Part shown: positions 25,050 through 38,484 of the stretch, piece by piece
Numbering within the stretch: the first letter of the stretch is position 1
Layout: each line of letters begins with the position of its first letter
NCBI GenBank assembly: GCA_028023455.1
Contig: JAQFVV010000005.1
Coordinates: 496,001-560,000, forward strand
DNA length: 64,000 bases
Direction: 5' to 3'
Source: Epiperipatus broadwayi
Lineage: Eukaryota > Animalia > Onychophora
Position numbers and translations under genes: made by a program
The notes under the pieces: model-generated
Database searches by the model: none
What the model saw: the letters and a program-made list of their open reading frames with translations, nothing else
Told to the model about the DNA's origin: nothing

Positions 25050-26100
25050 CTCTGAGAAAATAACATAAAGTATTTGCAAATATTAAGTCATTAGAATAAT
25101 TGTCTTAAGAGGATGCCATAACAAATAATTATTGTGGAGATTAAAACGGTTTCAGTTATTTTTTTTGTAGAGGGTTTTGTGAAAGGTTTAAATTCTAAAA
25201 TTATTGATTACTGCAGAAAGGATTATTGAATAAAGTCATTTTAGATTTTACTGATAAGAAAAAAAACATCTTTCATACTTATAAAACTATGATAGTTTTA
25301 ATGTAGTCATGAGGATATGCAAATAATTTGGAATTTTATTTGAAATTAAAAAATCCACCAGAAAAGAATTGCAGTCTTACTGAACATATCATAACTATAA
25401 AAAATAGCAATGAAGAAGATTAAAAAAATATGTAAAAAAATAAAAGTGATTATAATGAAACAATAATGTAAAATTTACAGAATGACATAGGAATTATTGA
25501 AGAGGCTGAAGAAATGTTGAAATTTGCATTAAAGATGCTATAAAGCAAACAGAATTATACATCAATGTTTGAAGTTGAAAAAAAAAAAACTAGTGAAAAA
25601 AATATTGGATTGGTCTATCAGTAATAACCCACCCAAAGAAATATCAGTCGGGTAAATAAAAGCAAAAAATATTAATTTACATATTAATATGACCAAAAAC
25701 TAATAATTATGTTTGGGAAAAAAAAATGAAGAGATAGATTAACATTGATACAATTGCATTAATCAGTGCACATTTTGTATACTTCAAGAATAAAATGTCT
25801 AATGATCTGAAAGGGAAGAAATTGAAAATAGCCAGAATGAGAACATACTGTTAGATGGAAATAGAAGTACTAAATAATGTCTATTAGTGTACGTATTGTC
25901 TGATTGAGAAACATGCCTCAGAAAAAAAATTGCTGATTATAAAAGAGAATCAGAGGGAATGTTAAAAGAAAATGACTGAATAGAGACTGTTTGGTCACCT
26001 GATAAATTTGTAATGATTAGAAGCATCTTAGGCATTGCATAATGTGAAACAAATGCAAGAGATTTCCATAAAATATAGATTGATGTTATTACAGGGTAGT
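25050..26100 (+). mobile_element. Heavily degraded LINE (RTE-like RT region)
   Basis: Fragmentary reading NDIGIIEEAEEMLKFALKML...EKKKT resembles the post-YADD RT segment of RTE LINEs; many stops; boundaries approximate. Confidence 0.4.
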
Positions 26101-26909
26101 GTGAAACCATTTAGTGTACTCTGACTTCTTGCAAAAGATAGTTATAACTGAAGGATAGTGAAAAAGCATTGAATAGATATGAGCACTAGGGTCATCACTT
26201 CTGGAGTTACTGACCTAGCATATATTAACTACACCATAATGTCTCTAACTCTTCGGCCATGAATATGAGGTTAAAAGACCTCAAAAGCACTAAGCCTGAT
26301 ATTTAATTTTGATATTTCTAACTTCACCAATGAGCATTTGAAGCATGGTATCATTTCTGTTCAGGAGTTCATAAGAGGTTTGAGTACCAGAAATAATGGA
26401 ATGGAACTATAATTCATAGATCCGGAGTTCCAGAGTCTTCATCACATTACTGCAATAAACCATACATTTTACTGACTATTAGGTAAAGAACTAGGTCCAT
26501 ATATCTATTGATAATAATCAGCTATTTTAAATTTGCTTGAAAATGCTTGAAATCACTACTTGATTTGAATAAAGTGTCATAACTAAAATACAGTCATCTA
26601 TCAATTTAAGTTACAATTCTATCAGACACTCTTCCTAGAGTAAAAAAATAGTAAATAAGTTATAAAAAAATTAGAAATTAATATAAAAAATAATATTCTA
26701 AATTTTAATTTTTCTAAGTCTTTAAAATGTATATTATAATAGATTCACTATTATTCCTAAATTTTGGAATCCATAAAATAGTTTGGAACCAAATATTAGG
26801 TATACAAGAGGACTATTAGAATAGTCAAAAGTTAAATTTATAATGCATGTACTAGTGATGAATCATAATTTAGCCAGTAAACTGTAGTGGGTTCACAACA
26901 GAATGTTGC

Positions 26910-27420
26910 TATTTAAATATATATAGAAAGAAACAGAATATTGGGTGTGAGTTAATTTATGATAGCTGCAAGGAAAGTAGTTCACTGGTTAAGGCTCAAA
27001 CAGGATCTTTAGCAGCAAGGGAATATACACATAAATAGAAAAATATGGGTAAGTTAGTCTGCAATTTATGTAAGAAAGGCATAGAAACTATTAGGTATCT
27101 GTTAATTGAATGTAAATGCTTGCAAGCAGAAAGGGTACAAATAATGAAGTTGTGGGAGAATAAATATAAACAAAGTGATTATACAGAAAGTGGGTTCTCG
27201 GTTTTTATGCTGCATTTGGGGAAAGACAAGGGGAATTTAGATATAAAGGCCAAAGAGTTGACAAATATGTTGTGGAAATGGGATGGAGCAGGATAGTGAA
27301 AAATATGGGAAAAATTTAGGGTGGGGAATGGAAGGGGAAGGAACGTGGCTAACAGGTTTCTCTGGACATTGTGGCTCAGAGATTCCTGACTCCAATAAAG
27401 GAGAAGCCACAGTGCATCAT
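26910..27420 (+). mobile_element. Non-LTR retrotransposon 3' fragment (zf-RVT-like), same family as 21290-22475
   Basis: CNLCKKGIETIRYLLIEC motif (ORF 27045-27296); nucleotide similarity to 21960-22460. Confidence 0.8.
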
Positions 27421-28036
27421 ATGTAATATCTATTTGCTAAGTCAGTGCTAACTTGATTGGCTGTAAATGAATATTAAAGAGGAAATAAACCTAATAGTCA
27501 GATGATATCTGATTTAAATCTAAATCTGTTATAAATAAATTAACATGTTTACAACAGAATGTGTTTAAAGTTTTAAAGTTTTTTATTTTTATTTATTTAT
27601 AAATATTCAAAATGACAAATATTCTCGCGTTTCACAAATGTTTTAAGATTTAAGTTTATTTTTTTAATCCAAAGAAATTAAATATTTTTATCAAATGATT
27701 GAAAGCAATGTGAGCTAAACGTTGCAGATTTAATTCTGATGGTAAAAAATATCTTCCATAACTGGCGACTGAAAAGTAGTTCCACTATGCAACAGTAGTT
27801 AAATTAATTTCTTTTAATAATGTCTTTAATAAAATATTCTTCACTCAGATGCACACAAACTGATGTTTAGAATAAGCAAAAGAAAAAAAAAACTTCTGCC
27901 TCGTAAAACTAAATAACTATCCTTTATAAGGTCAAACAATTTGTTAGTCTAGCATGAGATTATTCAAATCTTCTAAATATTTTTTATTAAGAAGTATTTT
28001 TGATTGTATTCTTCAAACTAAAATTTTACTTGTCAA

Positions 28037-28108
28037 GCGTTGGTGGCCTAGCGGTTAGCATAGCTGCCTTCCAAGCAGCCGGCCCGGGTTCTCTTCCCGG
28101 TCAACGCT
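28037..28108 (+). tRNA. tRNA-Gly(TCC)-like sequence, probably a retroposed pseudogene
   Basis: Acceptor GCGTTGG/TCAACGC, anticodon stem GCTGC/GCAGC with TCC at 28070-28072, T stem CCGGG/CCCGG. The T-loop is TTCTCTT (not TTCGATT) and the D stem is weak. Flanked by a 13-bp direct repeat TAAAATTTTACTT (28019-28031, 28117-28129). Confidence 0.75.
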
Positions 28109-28479
28109 TTGACATATAAAATTTTACTTAAAGCCAAAACTATTTTAAGAATCGAAAAGAGAAAAAAATTACTCTGTAAATGGAGATAGAAAAAATATCT
28201 ACAAATAATGACTGACAATTTGGATGATTGGATACTGATATCCTGGACTTTCTACTTAGAAGTAAGAGTAGTGAAACTCAATAACTAAAAGTTTCCCCGA
28301 TTGATTTCTAATTGATAAAAGTAAAAAAATAGTAGCTTGGTCAATTAAGAGAAACTGTTGTGATCAACTTGACATCGCTTGTACAAATATGCATGACCTT
28401 AAAAATCTGTCTTTATGATGTATAAACAATTTTAAACTATAGTTTTAATGTTCATAAATGATATCTATTAGTGTTGAAG

Positions 28480-29130
28480 ACTCAACTATATTACAATCTT
28501 TTTACCTGGGTTTTAAAATTCCAGACACTGATAATTAAAAACTAATATATTGAATAATACTAGTAAACTCTTATCTGTCACCAGACTCATCCGTATTCAA
28601 ACTCCAATATATGTCAAATATATTGCAGAAAAATATGAAATCATACTCATCTAAATAAATCAGATTAACGTGGGACTTTAACTTTCCAGTTAACAACAAA
28701 TAAATACCCATTTACTAATGAATACTAAATAACTAAGTAGCTTGTTTATGAAACGGTATTTAGAAATCCTAATCTGTCTTGTAATCCAGATCAGATTCAA
28801 ATCTCAAGTCATAAGTTCCACAGGAAAATGTACTAAGCATCCTTATCTGACCAAATTAAATTAATGTAGGGACTTTAACCCTCCAATTAATAATAACTTA
28901 GTACCCATTTACTGACTAATATCAGATAATTCATTGGCTTGACTGTGAATCAGCTGCCTTAAAAATTCTGTCTTATTATACAGCCCATATTCGAACTACA
29001 ATCATAAATTACATGCACGTGATTTACCCAGATTAACTTGGGATCTTAACCTTCATCTAATCATAACTAAATGCTCATTTTCTGATTAATATTGGATAAG
29101 AAATTGTGCCAACTGTGAGTCAATTAACTA
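28480..29130. repeat. Diverged tandem repeat, ~190-bp unit, 3-4 copies
   Basis: Recurring blocks ATTAA..GGGACTTTAAC (28667, 28861, 29031), TACCCATTT and ATTC(A/G)AA(C/T) at roughly 190-bp spacing. Confidence 0.55.
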
Positions 29131-29825
29131 AGCCTGTGACTCAGTCAGACTTAAAGTAAGAAACAAAATACTATGGTAGGCTAATGTGCCAGCCTCTATA
29201 TTATGATCTTATTATAATAAAAAAAAGCAACTAATCTTGTTTTGCTCTTTAAATGTAAATATTGTGGAAAGCATGGATGTATATACTTCACTTTAAGTGA
29301 GCGTAAGTTGGGTAGAGTGAAGTAAGATTTTGTTTAAGATTATCTGTATATTATAAGTATTCTGAGACATTTAAAAATCAAAATTAAATTTGAGTTTAAT
29401 TTTGGTTTTTAATTCAGTCATTGTCAGCTATAAAGAAAAAAGTTATCTAAATGAGCATTAGTCTTTATAATAAATTCAACGTTTGTTCCACTTATATTTC
29501 GTAGAAGAAATTTAAGTTTAAGATATATATATATATAATTATCTCAATATAGAAAAAAGTATACTATAAAAGATCTAATTACCCTGTATTTCAATTTTAC
29601 ATGAACGTTCAAAAAATTATAAAAACAATATAAAGATGTAAAAAGAATTCAAACATTTTAAAAAATAAGTAGTACATAAATACATTGTTTAAATACTATG
29701 ATCAACAATGGCGCAGTCTAAATTACACTTACAATCCCTTTGTGATTGTAGCAACAAAGATAAGCTGCAGTGAACATAAATCTACAAAAATTTATCTTGA
29801 GAATTTTTTGCATATTCAACTACAT

Positions 29826-29976
29826 TTAGGCTTTGAAATCTTTCCAGATGTTGTAACATTCTTGTGGACCTATGGTTTCAACGTCAATGCTTGCATCCAA
29901 ACTAATTACGGTTCCATCATTTTTAACAACTACTAGAGTCGGTATTCCTTCAATGTTGTATTTCTTTCCTAAATCT
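29826..29976 (-). CDS. Nucleoredoxin-like/tryparedoxin-like thioredoxin, last coding exon
   Basis: Polypyrimidine tract + TTGCAG acceptor (AG at 29978-29977). Phase matches exon 1. Reads (R)DLGKKYNIEGIPTLVVVKNDGTVISLDASIDVETIGPQECYNIWKDFKA*, including the GIP cis-Pro motif of the Trx fold; TAA at 29828-29826. Confidence 0.92.
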
Positions 29977-30096
29977 CTGCAATATAATGAAAAATAAAAA
30001 AGTTACTACTTGTATGAATTTAAAACAAAAATTAAATGATCAAAGAATATAATTATTATTTATTCATTCTAGTTTGTAAATATCATAATTTTAATC

Positions 30097-30352
30097 CATC
30101 GTCTAATATGTATATTGAATGTCTTTAGAAAAATTTAACTTTATTTAAATATTCCAAATACATTCAACTGTTAGTAATAGCACATCAAACTGGTTAGTAT
30201 ATGCACAACTTTTCAAGAGGTATTAGTCTGCCCTATTCTTCAGATGTTGCTGGCCTGACCAGTAACAGTACTAGCATGGGATTCGAACCTGGACCTTTAG
30301 ATTCTTGAATATTGAATTTTAAGGTAATGCTCTAACCAACTGAGTCATCCTG
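30097..30352 (-). mobile_element. Solo Penelope-like tail: tRNA-like A/B box + hammerhead
   Basis: Minus strand: A-box TGACTCAGTTGG and B-box GGTTCGAATCC (30289-30279), then CTGAAGA..stem II..GAAA at 30246-30203. Homologous to the PLE 3' tails at 43483-43760, 39910-40190 and 42170-42425. Confidence 0.8.
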
Positions 30353-31544
30353 CTGAAACTTAATTTTTGGCATTCTAATAACGTTAATTAGCAATATTGA
30401 TTTCACATTGTGAAATAAATGGTTTAGTGTTCCATTTGGTCTAAAGGCTTTATGAGAATATAAGTAATATGGTCTTTAAATAATCCATTGTAGAGCAATG
30501 GCCTCTCCAGCAATCTCTCATAGAAAAATATTAAGGAATATTTTTCATCAAGAATGTCAATTTCCAGATGAGAGTTTGAATGACTTTCTAGCTTTATTTT
30601 ACTTTTTAACTATGAATAATTAGATTACCCAATTACTGACCAATGCTGGGTACTTGGTTTTAGTCAGTGATGAAGTGACTAGCTGTAAGAAAAATCTGAA
30701 TCCTTTTTGAAATCAATAATTGAAGTTTTACCCAGAATGAATTTTAAACCAGGTCATAAGCATGATAGAAAGATGTAATACATTACAACATGAGACACTA
30801 TAAAGATATTATGCAAATAAAAATGTAAAATAGTAAACATCACTGTCTGTCATCTTACATTAATTAACTCTCATTTTAACTCAAGCAACAATCTAGAGTT
30901 GAAGAAAGATGGCATTTATATAAAATTAATGTAAATATAAAAAGGCTTGTATTGTTTTTTTTTTTTTTTTTTACGATTTTTGCAGATAGCCTATAACTAA
31001 AGTCATCAAATTATTCAGCTGCTAATCTAGAGGTAGACTTATAAAGCTATATTTTTAAAATATCATAGATTTAAAACCGTAGAATGTCAGAAAATTTTAA
31101 GATATTGGCTTGAGTAATAAAATAGTGAAAATTAATTTTCTTCAGCTTTCACAGTATTCTTGATATTGTGCAACTAAAAATAAAGGCATGACAGTTTTAT
31201 TTAATGTTTTTAACTTGATATTCTTTCCCCTATGTTTAATTTTAAATCCCATAATATCAATAGCTGAAGATAATATATTTTCTGATGCTATTTTTTTACT
31301 TTTTAATGCATTTATATGAGCAATAACATTTCTTTATATTATTTTTTAGTTTTATATATTTACAGGAATTAGTAAAGAAGAAAATTTAAATACAATTTAA
31401 TATCACTAGATGGCAGCACTGTAAAGAGCTCTGCAACTCGTAAAGTTAAAAAAATTTAAATTTCGTCAGTTTTTTGCTATTTTCGACAATTTTTTGCTAA
31501 AGTTGTTTGCAAACTCTAAAATAATGTATTATTATCATGAATAT

Positions 31545-31670
31545 ATATATAATCATTAAAAACCAGTCAACACTTAGACAATTCCAATATCAATAACAAT
31601 CAACAATTTTAAACTGTCGTCAAGGCAACCTTTTAACAATAAAAGTGAAATCCCATCTTTATTAATGGTC
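31545..31670. repeat. Dispersed repeat (other copies ~50775-50900, and ~56255-56320 reversed)
   Basis: Shared AGTCAACACTTAGACAAT...CAATATCAATAACAATCAAC...GTCAAGGCAA sequence. Confidence 0.75.
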
Positions 31671-31940
31671 TAATATATTTATATAATCACTAAAGATTGC
31701 AACTTGACCACAGAGATTAAAATTATTGACACAAGAAAGTTTAAATAAAGCTCTTTAAACAAGTAAATATATCCTATTCTGAGTTCAGACTAAAAAATAG
31801 TCAATTATAACATTACAAACTGCAATTATAATTCTCAAATTGCACCCAAAGTATTACTTAAATAATAAGTGTAACAATGCTCAAGGTTAAATGTATATAT
31901 ATATATATATATACAAAGTTTTTCAACTAGATTGAAAATT

Positions 31941-32192
31941 TTTTTCTTTTCCTATGTATTGATTTCTATTATAACATATCATACCATTTACACCTTCTTA
32001 GACACTTTATCAATACTTTTATTTGTATTATTTGTATTACACTAACAGTTTTGACTGTCCTGCAGTCATCATCAGAGTTCTTGTTGATTCTATTAACAAG
32101 AACTCTGATGATGACTGCAGGACAGTCGAAACTGTTAGTGTAATACAAATAAAAGTATTGATAAAGTGTCTAAGAAGATGTAAATGGTATGA
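31941..32192. mobile_element. HHR family E near-perfect hairpin insertion
   Basis: Arms ~31977-32194 fold back around a 3-nt loop (TCT). Perfect 13-bp TSD TAGATTGAAAATT at 31928-31940 and 32193-32205. Confidence 0.88.
32100..32140 (+). ncRNA. Hammerhead-like motif (family E)
   Basis: CTGATGA (32105-32111) T GACTG cagga CAGTC GAAA (32128-32131) CTGTTAG. Perfect 5-bp stem II. Stem III/I register is ambiguous, probably decayed from an AC(N)GT palindrome. Confidence 0.65.
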
Positions 32193-32278
32193 TAGATTGA
32201 AAATTGGGAAAAGAATGAGCATTCAATTACCAGATTTCATCCAAACAGATGGACCAAAAAAAAAAAAATTAAATAAAA

Positions 32279-32480
32279 TGCAATTTATCTGCTACTTTGA
32301 ACACTTTTTAGCAAAAATCTTTTATTGTATTTATATGCATACAGAATCTTACATTTTGACTGTCCTGTAAAATTAGCTCTGAAGAAGAATGCAGGACAGT
32401 TGAAATGTAAGATTGTGTATGCATATAGATACGATAAAAGGTTTTTACTAAAAAGTGTTGAAAGTAGTAGGTAAATTGCA
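32279..32480. mobile_element. Second family E-related palindrome
   Basis: Inverted arms sharing TGCAGGACAGT(C/T)GAAA and CTGAAGA (~32379) with the neighbouring element but with different flanking sequence; no clear TSD. Confidence 0.7.
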
Positions 32481-33044
32481 TTTATATAAGATATTACAGC
32501 AAAATAAAGGAAGTGGTGAATTTAGTAATATTTTGGTAAAGTTAAATAAAAGCACTTAAAAATAAAAGTCATTTTATGAATGCTATAAAAATTATGTCCT
32601 AATAATAAAAAAAAGACAATAAGTTTGAAACTGATTAAGCTTTTTTTAATGCTTGCAATGCAGCTTTAAATTTATGGTTGAAGATGCATCACTAATGACA
32701 TGACAATTTTTATGTGCTATACAGAATGCCAAAGCATAAACAATGCTTCAGCTCATGTGATGTTTTCTTGAAGATTAATTATCAAGTAGCTATATCAGAG
32801 TTTAGTGTGATGAGATTCTTATTTAACCATATCATAATAGAATGTCTCTTAAATATGTTTAGATTATACCATCTCATAGTCTTGACCTTCACTAATTTTC
32901 CTTAATGGCAGTATATTAAGAACTTAATAATGTGCCTGCTAATCCTGCTTTGCTCTCAGAGGAAATTTTGCCTGTGAGATCTGTCAACTTTCAAGATTCT
33001 TACCAATTTTCTGGCACTGTACTCATTGTTGTTATGCATGACTA

Positions 33045-33422
33045 ACTGTAAATATAGCAGATTTGAACTTAGACTTTCAATCACCCTTCAACCATCCATA
33101 ATATCTCATACCACTGATATACATGACTACATACATGTAGAAAAGGTAAATAATCACCAATATATGTATTTCATGCTAAACCCAGCACTCATCAGTTGGT
33201 CCAGATTATCATCTCCCACACAGTGCTCACTTTATATTAACATAGCAAATCTTCATACTTTAATGGACAGGATTTAAACCACTTCAACTCAACAGCCATC
33301 CATACCATTGAAAAAATCTGATGATGGAAAGCCCAAATCCCATGCTGATGTCAATATTATTGCCATGCCCATGTTGACCTCAAGTCATTTTGACCCCTCA
33401 CGTATAGGATCTTATCCATTTA
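33045..33422 (-). mobile_element. HHR family B single diverged copy
   Basis: Collinear with the 473-bp monomer. HHR at 33200-33156: ACCAA CTGATGA G TGCT gggttt AGCA T GAAA TACATA TA TTGGT (core intact, G-U closing pair). Confidence 0.85.
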
Positions 33423-33429
33423 AATACAT

Positions 33430-34110
33430 CACCATTCTTTTCAACTATTATTGATCCACTATAGAATGAATCTCTCCAAGTTCAATTCATCTTCTCTGAT
33501 CTCTAGCCTCACTTTTCCACATCACTCCAGCATACTTCCTTATTTCACCCATCCATCTCACATGTGGTTTTTTTACAATTTCCTGAAATCCAGTTTAAGA
33601 TTTCAACTATCCCTTATTATTTTTTTCTAGCAATATGTTCAGCCAACTTCACTTCAGTCTCTTAATGCTTGCAATAATGTCATTAACACTTGCTTGTTCT
33701 CTCACTCTAAAATTTTGTTTTCACTCTTTTCTTGTTACTCCTAATATATATCTCTTCATACATTGGAGAGTGGTCTGAAGTCTCTGTGCTGCTCTTTTTA
33801 TGTGTCTACTGGTGATACATATTTATTTAAAACCTTCCTTTTCAAATAAATAAGCATATTTCGTTTTAGTATTAAGTTAATTCTACCAAAAGCACTCCAA
33901 CCAAGTTCAATTTTATGATTAATTTTTTTCATTATGTTTCCATCTGTAGTAATAATCTGATCAAGATATTTGTAGCTGTTAACGTCTTTTAACTCATCAT
34001 TATCAATCTATACAGCTCAGCTTTAAATTGTAGATTCTTTCAGTAAGTAAAGCCTAAAGCGTTTGCTCCTCATCAAGAACTCTCTTACTGAACCAGATGA
34101 TTATATTCTG
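33430..34110 (-). mobile_element. RTE-clade LINE 3' remnant
   Basis: Minus-strand reading matches the RTE C-terminus (…LKWSWAEHIARK…VEILNW…), homologous to 6400-6960. Confidence 0.65.
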
Positions 34111-34574
34111 TTAGCCTGTAATGGAGAATATATTGAAATAATAAATTAAAAAATAGACAAAAATGTGATTGCAGTAAATTATTCGTCTTCAATTATGAAA
34201 GCAATTGTGGAGAATGATATTGAGATATATACTGGCTTAGGAGATGATGTATTTGAATGGGGAAACGAAAAGAATGTGTGTATATATATATATATTAGGT
34301 TTAATAAATTAAATAATTCAAATTGAATAATGTAAAAAAGAAATAATAAGACAATAAATTAGATATATCTATAACCAAATCTGGTAAACACTTGTTTACA
34401 CATTATACATAAAATCTACTGAAGAGAGAGAATTTGCATACTTTAATTCTAAAGTTTATTTTATGTATAAGATCGCTGAATGTTTTTTTTGTGTGTGTGT
34501 TTAGAAATGAAAAACTATATAAGTACAATAATAACAAAAGTGAAAAAATATTACGTTACACATAGACAATGATA

Positions 34575-34860
34575 GGTGAAATACACAGGCTTATATATAC
34601 CTGTGTCTATATATGTAATAGACAGGGTATGAGCACAGACTTTCACATGACCCACCAGAGTACATTGAAGCCTGTCCATTAAAGTAGGAGGATTTGCTAT
34701 CTTAATATATATCTGAGCACTTGTAGCATATATGTGTAGAGATGGTAATCTGGACCAACTGATGATTTCTGTTTTAGCATGAAATACGTATATTGGTGAT
34801 TATTTATCTTTTCGACATATGTGTGTTCAGGTGTATCAGTATTATGAGATAGTGTGGAGA
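34575..34860. mobile_element. HHR family B truncated/inverted copy
   Basis: Antisense fragment 34575-34657, then sense fragment with HHR at 34754-34797 (core intact, stem II damaged). Confidence 0.85.
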
Positions 34861-34950
34861 ATTAAAAGGATATAATATTGAGTGTAATAGAAATATTAGA
34901 AAATATTCAACACATTAAAAATGGTATAAGCATTTGATGCCATATACTGC

Positions 34951-34981
<31 letters not shown>

Positions 34982-35739
34982 TAATGAAAGAATTTTAAAA
35001 ATGTGTTTTTTAGCATTATATGGTTGCATATGACATACCATTAAATATAAATAGATTTTTTTGTATTGCTTTCAGTGGCTAAATAATTGCTATGATTCTG
35101 ATCATCGATGCTGAAAGCATCCTCAGGAAATTATAACAATAATAAAATTACACTACCTTTCCTTAGTTAAACATTCAAATATTTAAATATACAAATTCTA
35201 AAGACATAATTGGTAGAGACAAAAAATAATATAAATTCAAAATTTTTACTTCAATATTATAGTTGTGAATGATCATACTGAAGTAGTATAAGGCATGAAT
35301 CTGTAAGTTTTATTTAGTATTTACAACTAGTTCTATAGTTTATTTATTTTAAGATATATATATATATATATAACTAGTAATATGGTTTATTTTATTATAC
35401 AAAAATACTATGCTTGTATTTCAAAAGTATTATATATAAGTAGATAAACGCAAAGTCATTTTAACAGCCTAGAATAGATTAGAAAAGTAAGTGGATAGAT
35501 TTACAGTTTAACAACACACACACACACATATATATATATTGAATTAAATATTTCCCATAAATTTTTATTCTAATATAAAACAGAAATAAAATGATTTTAT
35601 CCATGTAAACAGAGATAACCTTTGCCTTTAATGTTGACAGGAAACTATCAATTACTACTAATTGACAATCTCTCTGAAGCTAAATAAATTTAATGTATGT
35701 AAATATAGTATGTCTCAGTAAAAAGTTAACTGGTTCTTT

Positions 35740-36260
35740 CTCCACACTATCTGCATTGCCAGCTCTGAAACATTTATTATATAGGCATAGTCATATATTT
35801 TAATTCTTCATCACAAAAACCTTAAGATACTAGTAAGTCTGGATGATGATTTATGCAATGAAATATACAGCTTGTTATATAACTCCTTTAATCATCTTCA
35901 CTGTTCTTTGTGCAATAATAAAATCTTGAAAACCATTTGAAAACATTCTTGTGATTCAAGGTTTTACTGACATCTTATATCATTTCCAATCTTTCAGTAG
36001 CAGTTTTACCCAATTTGAAACAAAAATTAATATTAGCATGTTATTCCATCACAGATTAAGTTATGAAATGCAGCCACATTTTATGTCATAATTTATAATT
36101 CATTACTTTAACATTTTTGTGGGCAAAGGCTAAATTATGTCACTACATAACACATGCACTGATTTCAGAGTTGGTGCTCCAGACATCTTGAGAGAATCAG
36201 TCAAACAGGCCTTTGTTTATAAGACATGGTGTGTATATGTGCCTTTCTCTCTCTTATACT
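35740..36260 (-). mobile_element. Mariner transposase remnant (N-terminal HTH)
   Basis: Minus-strand reading ANINFCFKLGKTATERLEMI...KNVFKWFSRF matches the mariner HTH consensus (RANIKFCFKLGKSATETFEML...VFEWFKRF); stops present. Confidence 0.7.
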
Positions 36261-38484
36261 GTAATATATATATATTAAAAACACAGCCAGTCTTCTGGTT
36301 GAAATATTAAAGTAGTTTTATAGAGAAGTAATTCTGTGTTTTTATTATGTTTTTATTTTTCCTTTAGTTAGTTCGTATATTTATTATTTTCATATATATA
36401 TTGTAAGAATGGCTTACAACTCTGTCACACCATCCCATGTTAGCTCATACTATCAATTGAAGTCATGAAAAATATTTGCTCAACTAATAAATTGCTAAGC
36501 ACATACCAGTGGTTTTTTTTTAGATACATATACGTACAACACTTTTTTTTAAAAAAAGATAAAATACTAAATTCCATAGCAACTTAATTTTCTACTGTAA
36601 TAAAAAAGATTATAAAAATCATTAAACAATTAGGTTAAACACTCTTAAAGAAAAATCGATCAAACATATATGTATGTTAACACCAAAGTTAGAAACTTGT
36701 GTTGTATGTCATTAATTAGATTAGAACAATGTGATGTCATTATTCCATCTGATTGGCTGTCACGTAGGCATGTTTAAAGCGTATCTGTTTGAAGGTGTTT
36801 AGCTTTCACTTTATTATATTACCTGTTTACGCTTAAATTTAATATATTTACATTAGAACAATAATTAAGATGTTTAGATAAGATGCACAAAATGATGACC
36901 TAATCTAAAATTAATCACGTAGCAATCAAGTGTGGAAATGAAATTAAAACTTCATTATTAATTGTTTTAATACCATTACTGAAAGTAAATATGTATACAA
37001 CAATAGGAAGTTATGTCAATAAATAAGGAAATGCAAGATTCAATATATCTAAAGGCGGAAATGAGCTAATCTCGCTTTCAAACTGCATACCATATAAAAG
37101 CAATTTGAATCTTCATCCTTTCTCTTTCAAAATAATGCTCTTGCTAAATAAAAGCCAACTTCATTATGCTTAAAAATTTGAATGCAAAGATGGATGTATG
37201 CATTCAGAATTAAATCTATTTGAAATAGCATTAAACTTAATAGAAACCAAACTAGCAAATTAAATTAAAAAATTATAAATAGCCAAGTTAATTCAAAGAA
37301 GCAAAAAAGTTTTTTTTAAAAGAAACTTCAATTTTATTTAAGCAAGAAGAAGAGAAAAATAAATAGTTATCAACAATCAAAGAGAAAGAAGTAAATAATT
37401 GTTCTCATATATATATATATCGCTATTAAATATCTAATTGGAACCAAATGAACTACATATATAAAATATATCATTATACAACGTGTTCCAGTAAAAATAA
37501 CAATACCATAGGGGACAGAATGCCAGCACCAGGGCCATGAAAGCATAATGACTTCATTTGTTCATTACTGTAAAGCCTGAAGAACATCCATTGTCTTTTA
37601 CAAGATGCCACCACCTAATTCAAGAGAAAATCACCTTGACAGGATCCATATATAATTCCAAGCAGGAAAATGCCACTCTTCAAGGGGAAAGTATTCAATT
37701 TTTATCCAGAGAGATCTATTTTGAAAATGATGGACTAAGGAAATAAAAGACATTTCCAGCAGACTCATCAAACTTTAGTTAATATGATTGAATGAAATTT
37801 TGATCTTCTATTATTGATAATTCTTTTTTAAAACTTGTTTCACACTTCTAGCAAATGAATTCGCATTTTTATTGGAAAAGTTTATTATGAGAGTAAGGAG
37901 GGGAAAATTATTAGATTTAATTATATATTTTTTGTTATTAAATAAAATCTAGAGCAACTTGCCTTCCCAACCAAATTGACATTGATAGCATAATGTGAAA
38001 CAAAGGGTAAGATTTTAATATTATCTCACATTAAGCAACTATACTATAAAATAGGACAGAATTGATGTTAGTTTGTTGATTGTTAACTAACCTTTGTTAT
38101 GTGTTTCTTTTGTATAATTGATTAACAACCTTGCATGGATGTTTTCTATTAATGTTGGAGATGTCTATAGATAGAGGGGGCTCCAAGAAGATTTATCGCT
38201 GTCAATGTGAACTGGGTAACAGGGATTTTTATGATGTGACTGTAAATAGGATTGATTAGCCAATTAGATTTGTGGTTATGTAAATATTATTTTATATATA
38301 TGTCTTTGTAAATAATTGATGCCAAGCACATGAATTTCTACCCATGGGCTGAGGGATAAGGATTTTTTATTATCATTATTGGATAACAATCCTTGACATA
38401 GCAGATTATAAAATTCAGTATTATTCAATATTTGCTTTTTTTTTTTTTTGTTATTAATAAATGTTAAAGAATTTACCTTCATCT

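Noticed and set aside
26255-26300. Degenerate HHR (TGAGGT-taaaag-ACCTC-AAAA)
   Set aside because: Hairpin present, but both core halves would need several mutations; single copy.
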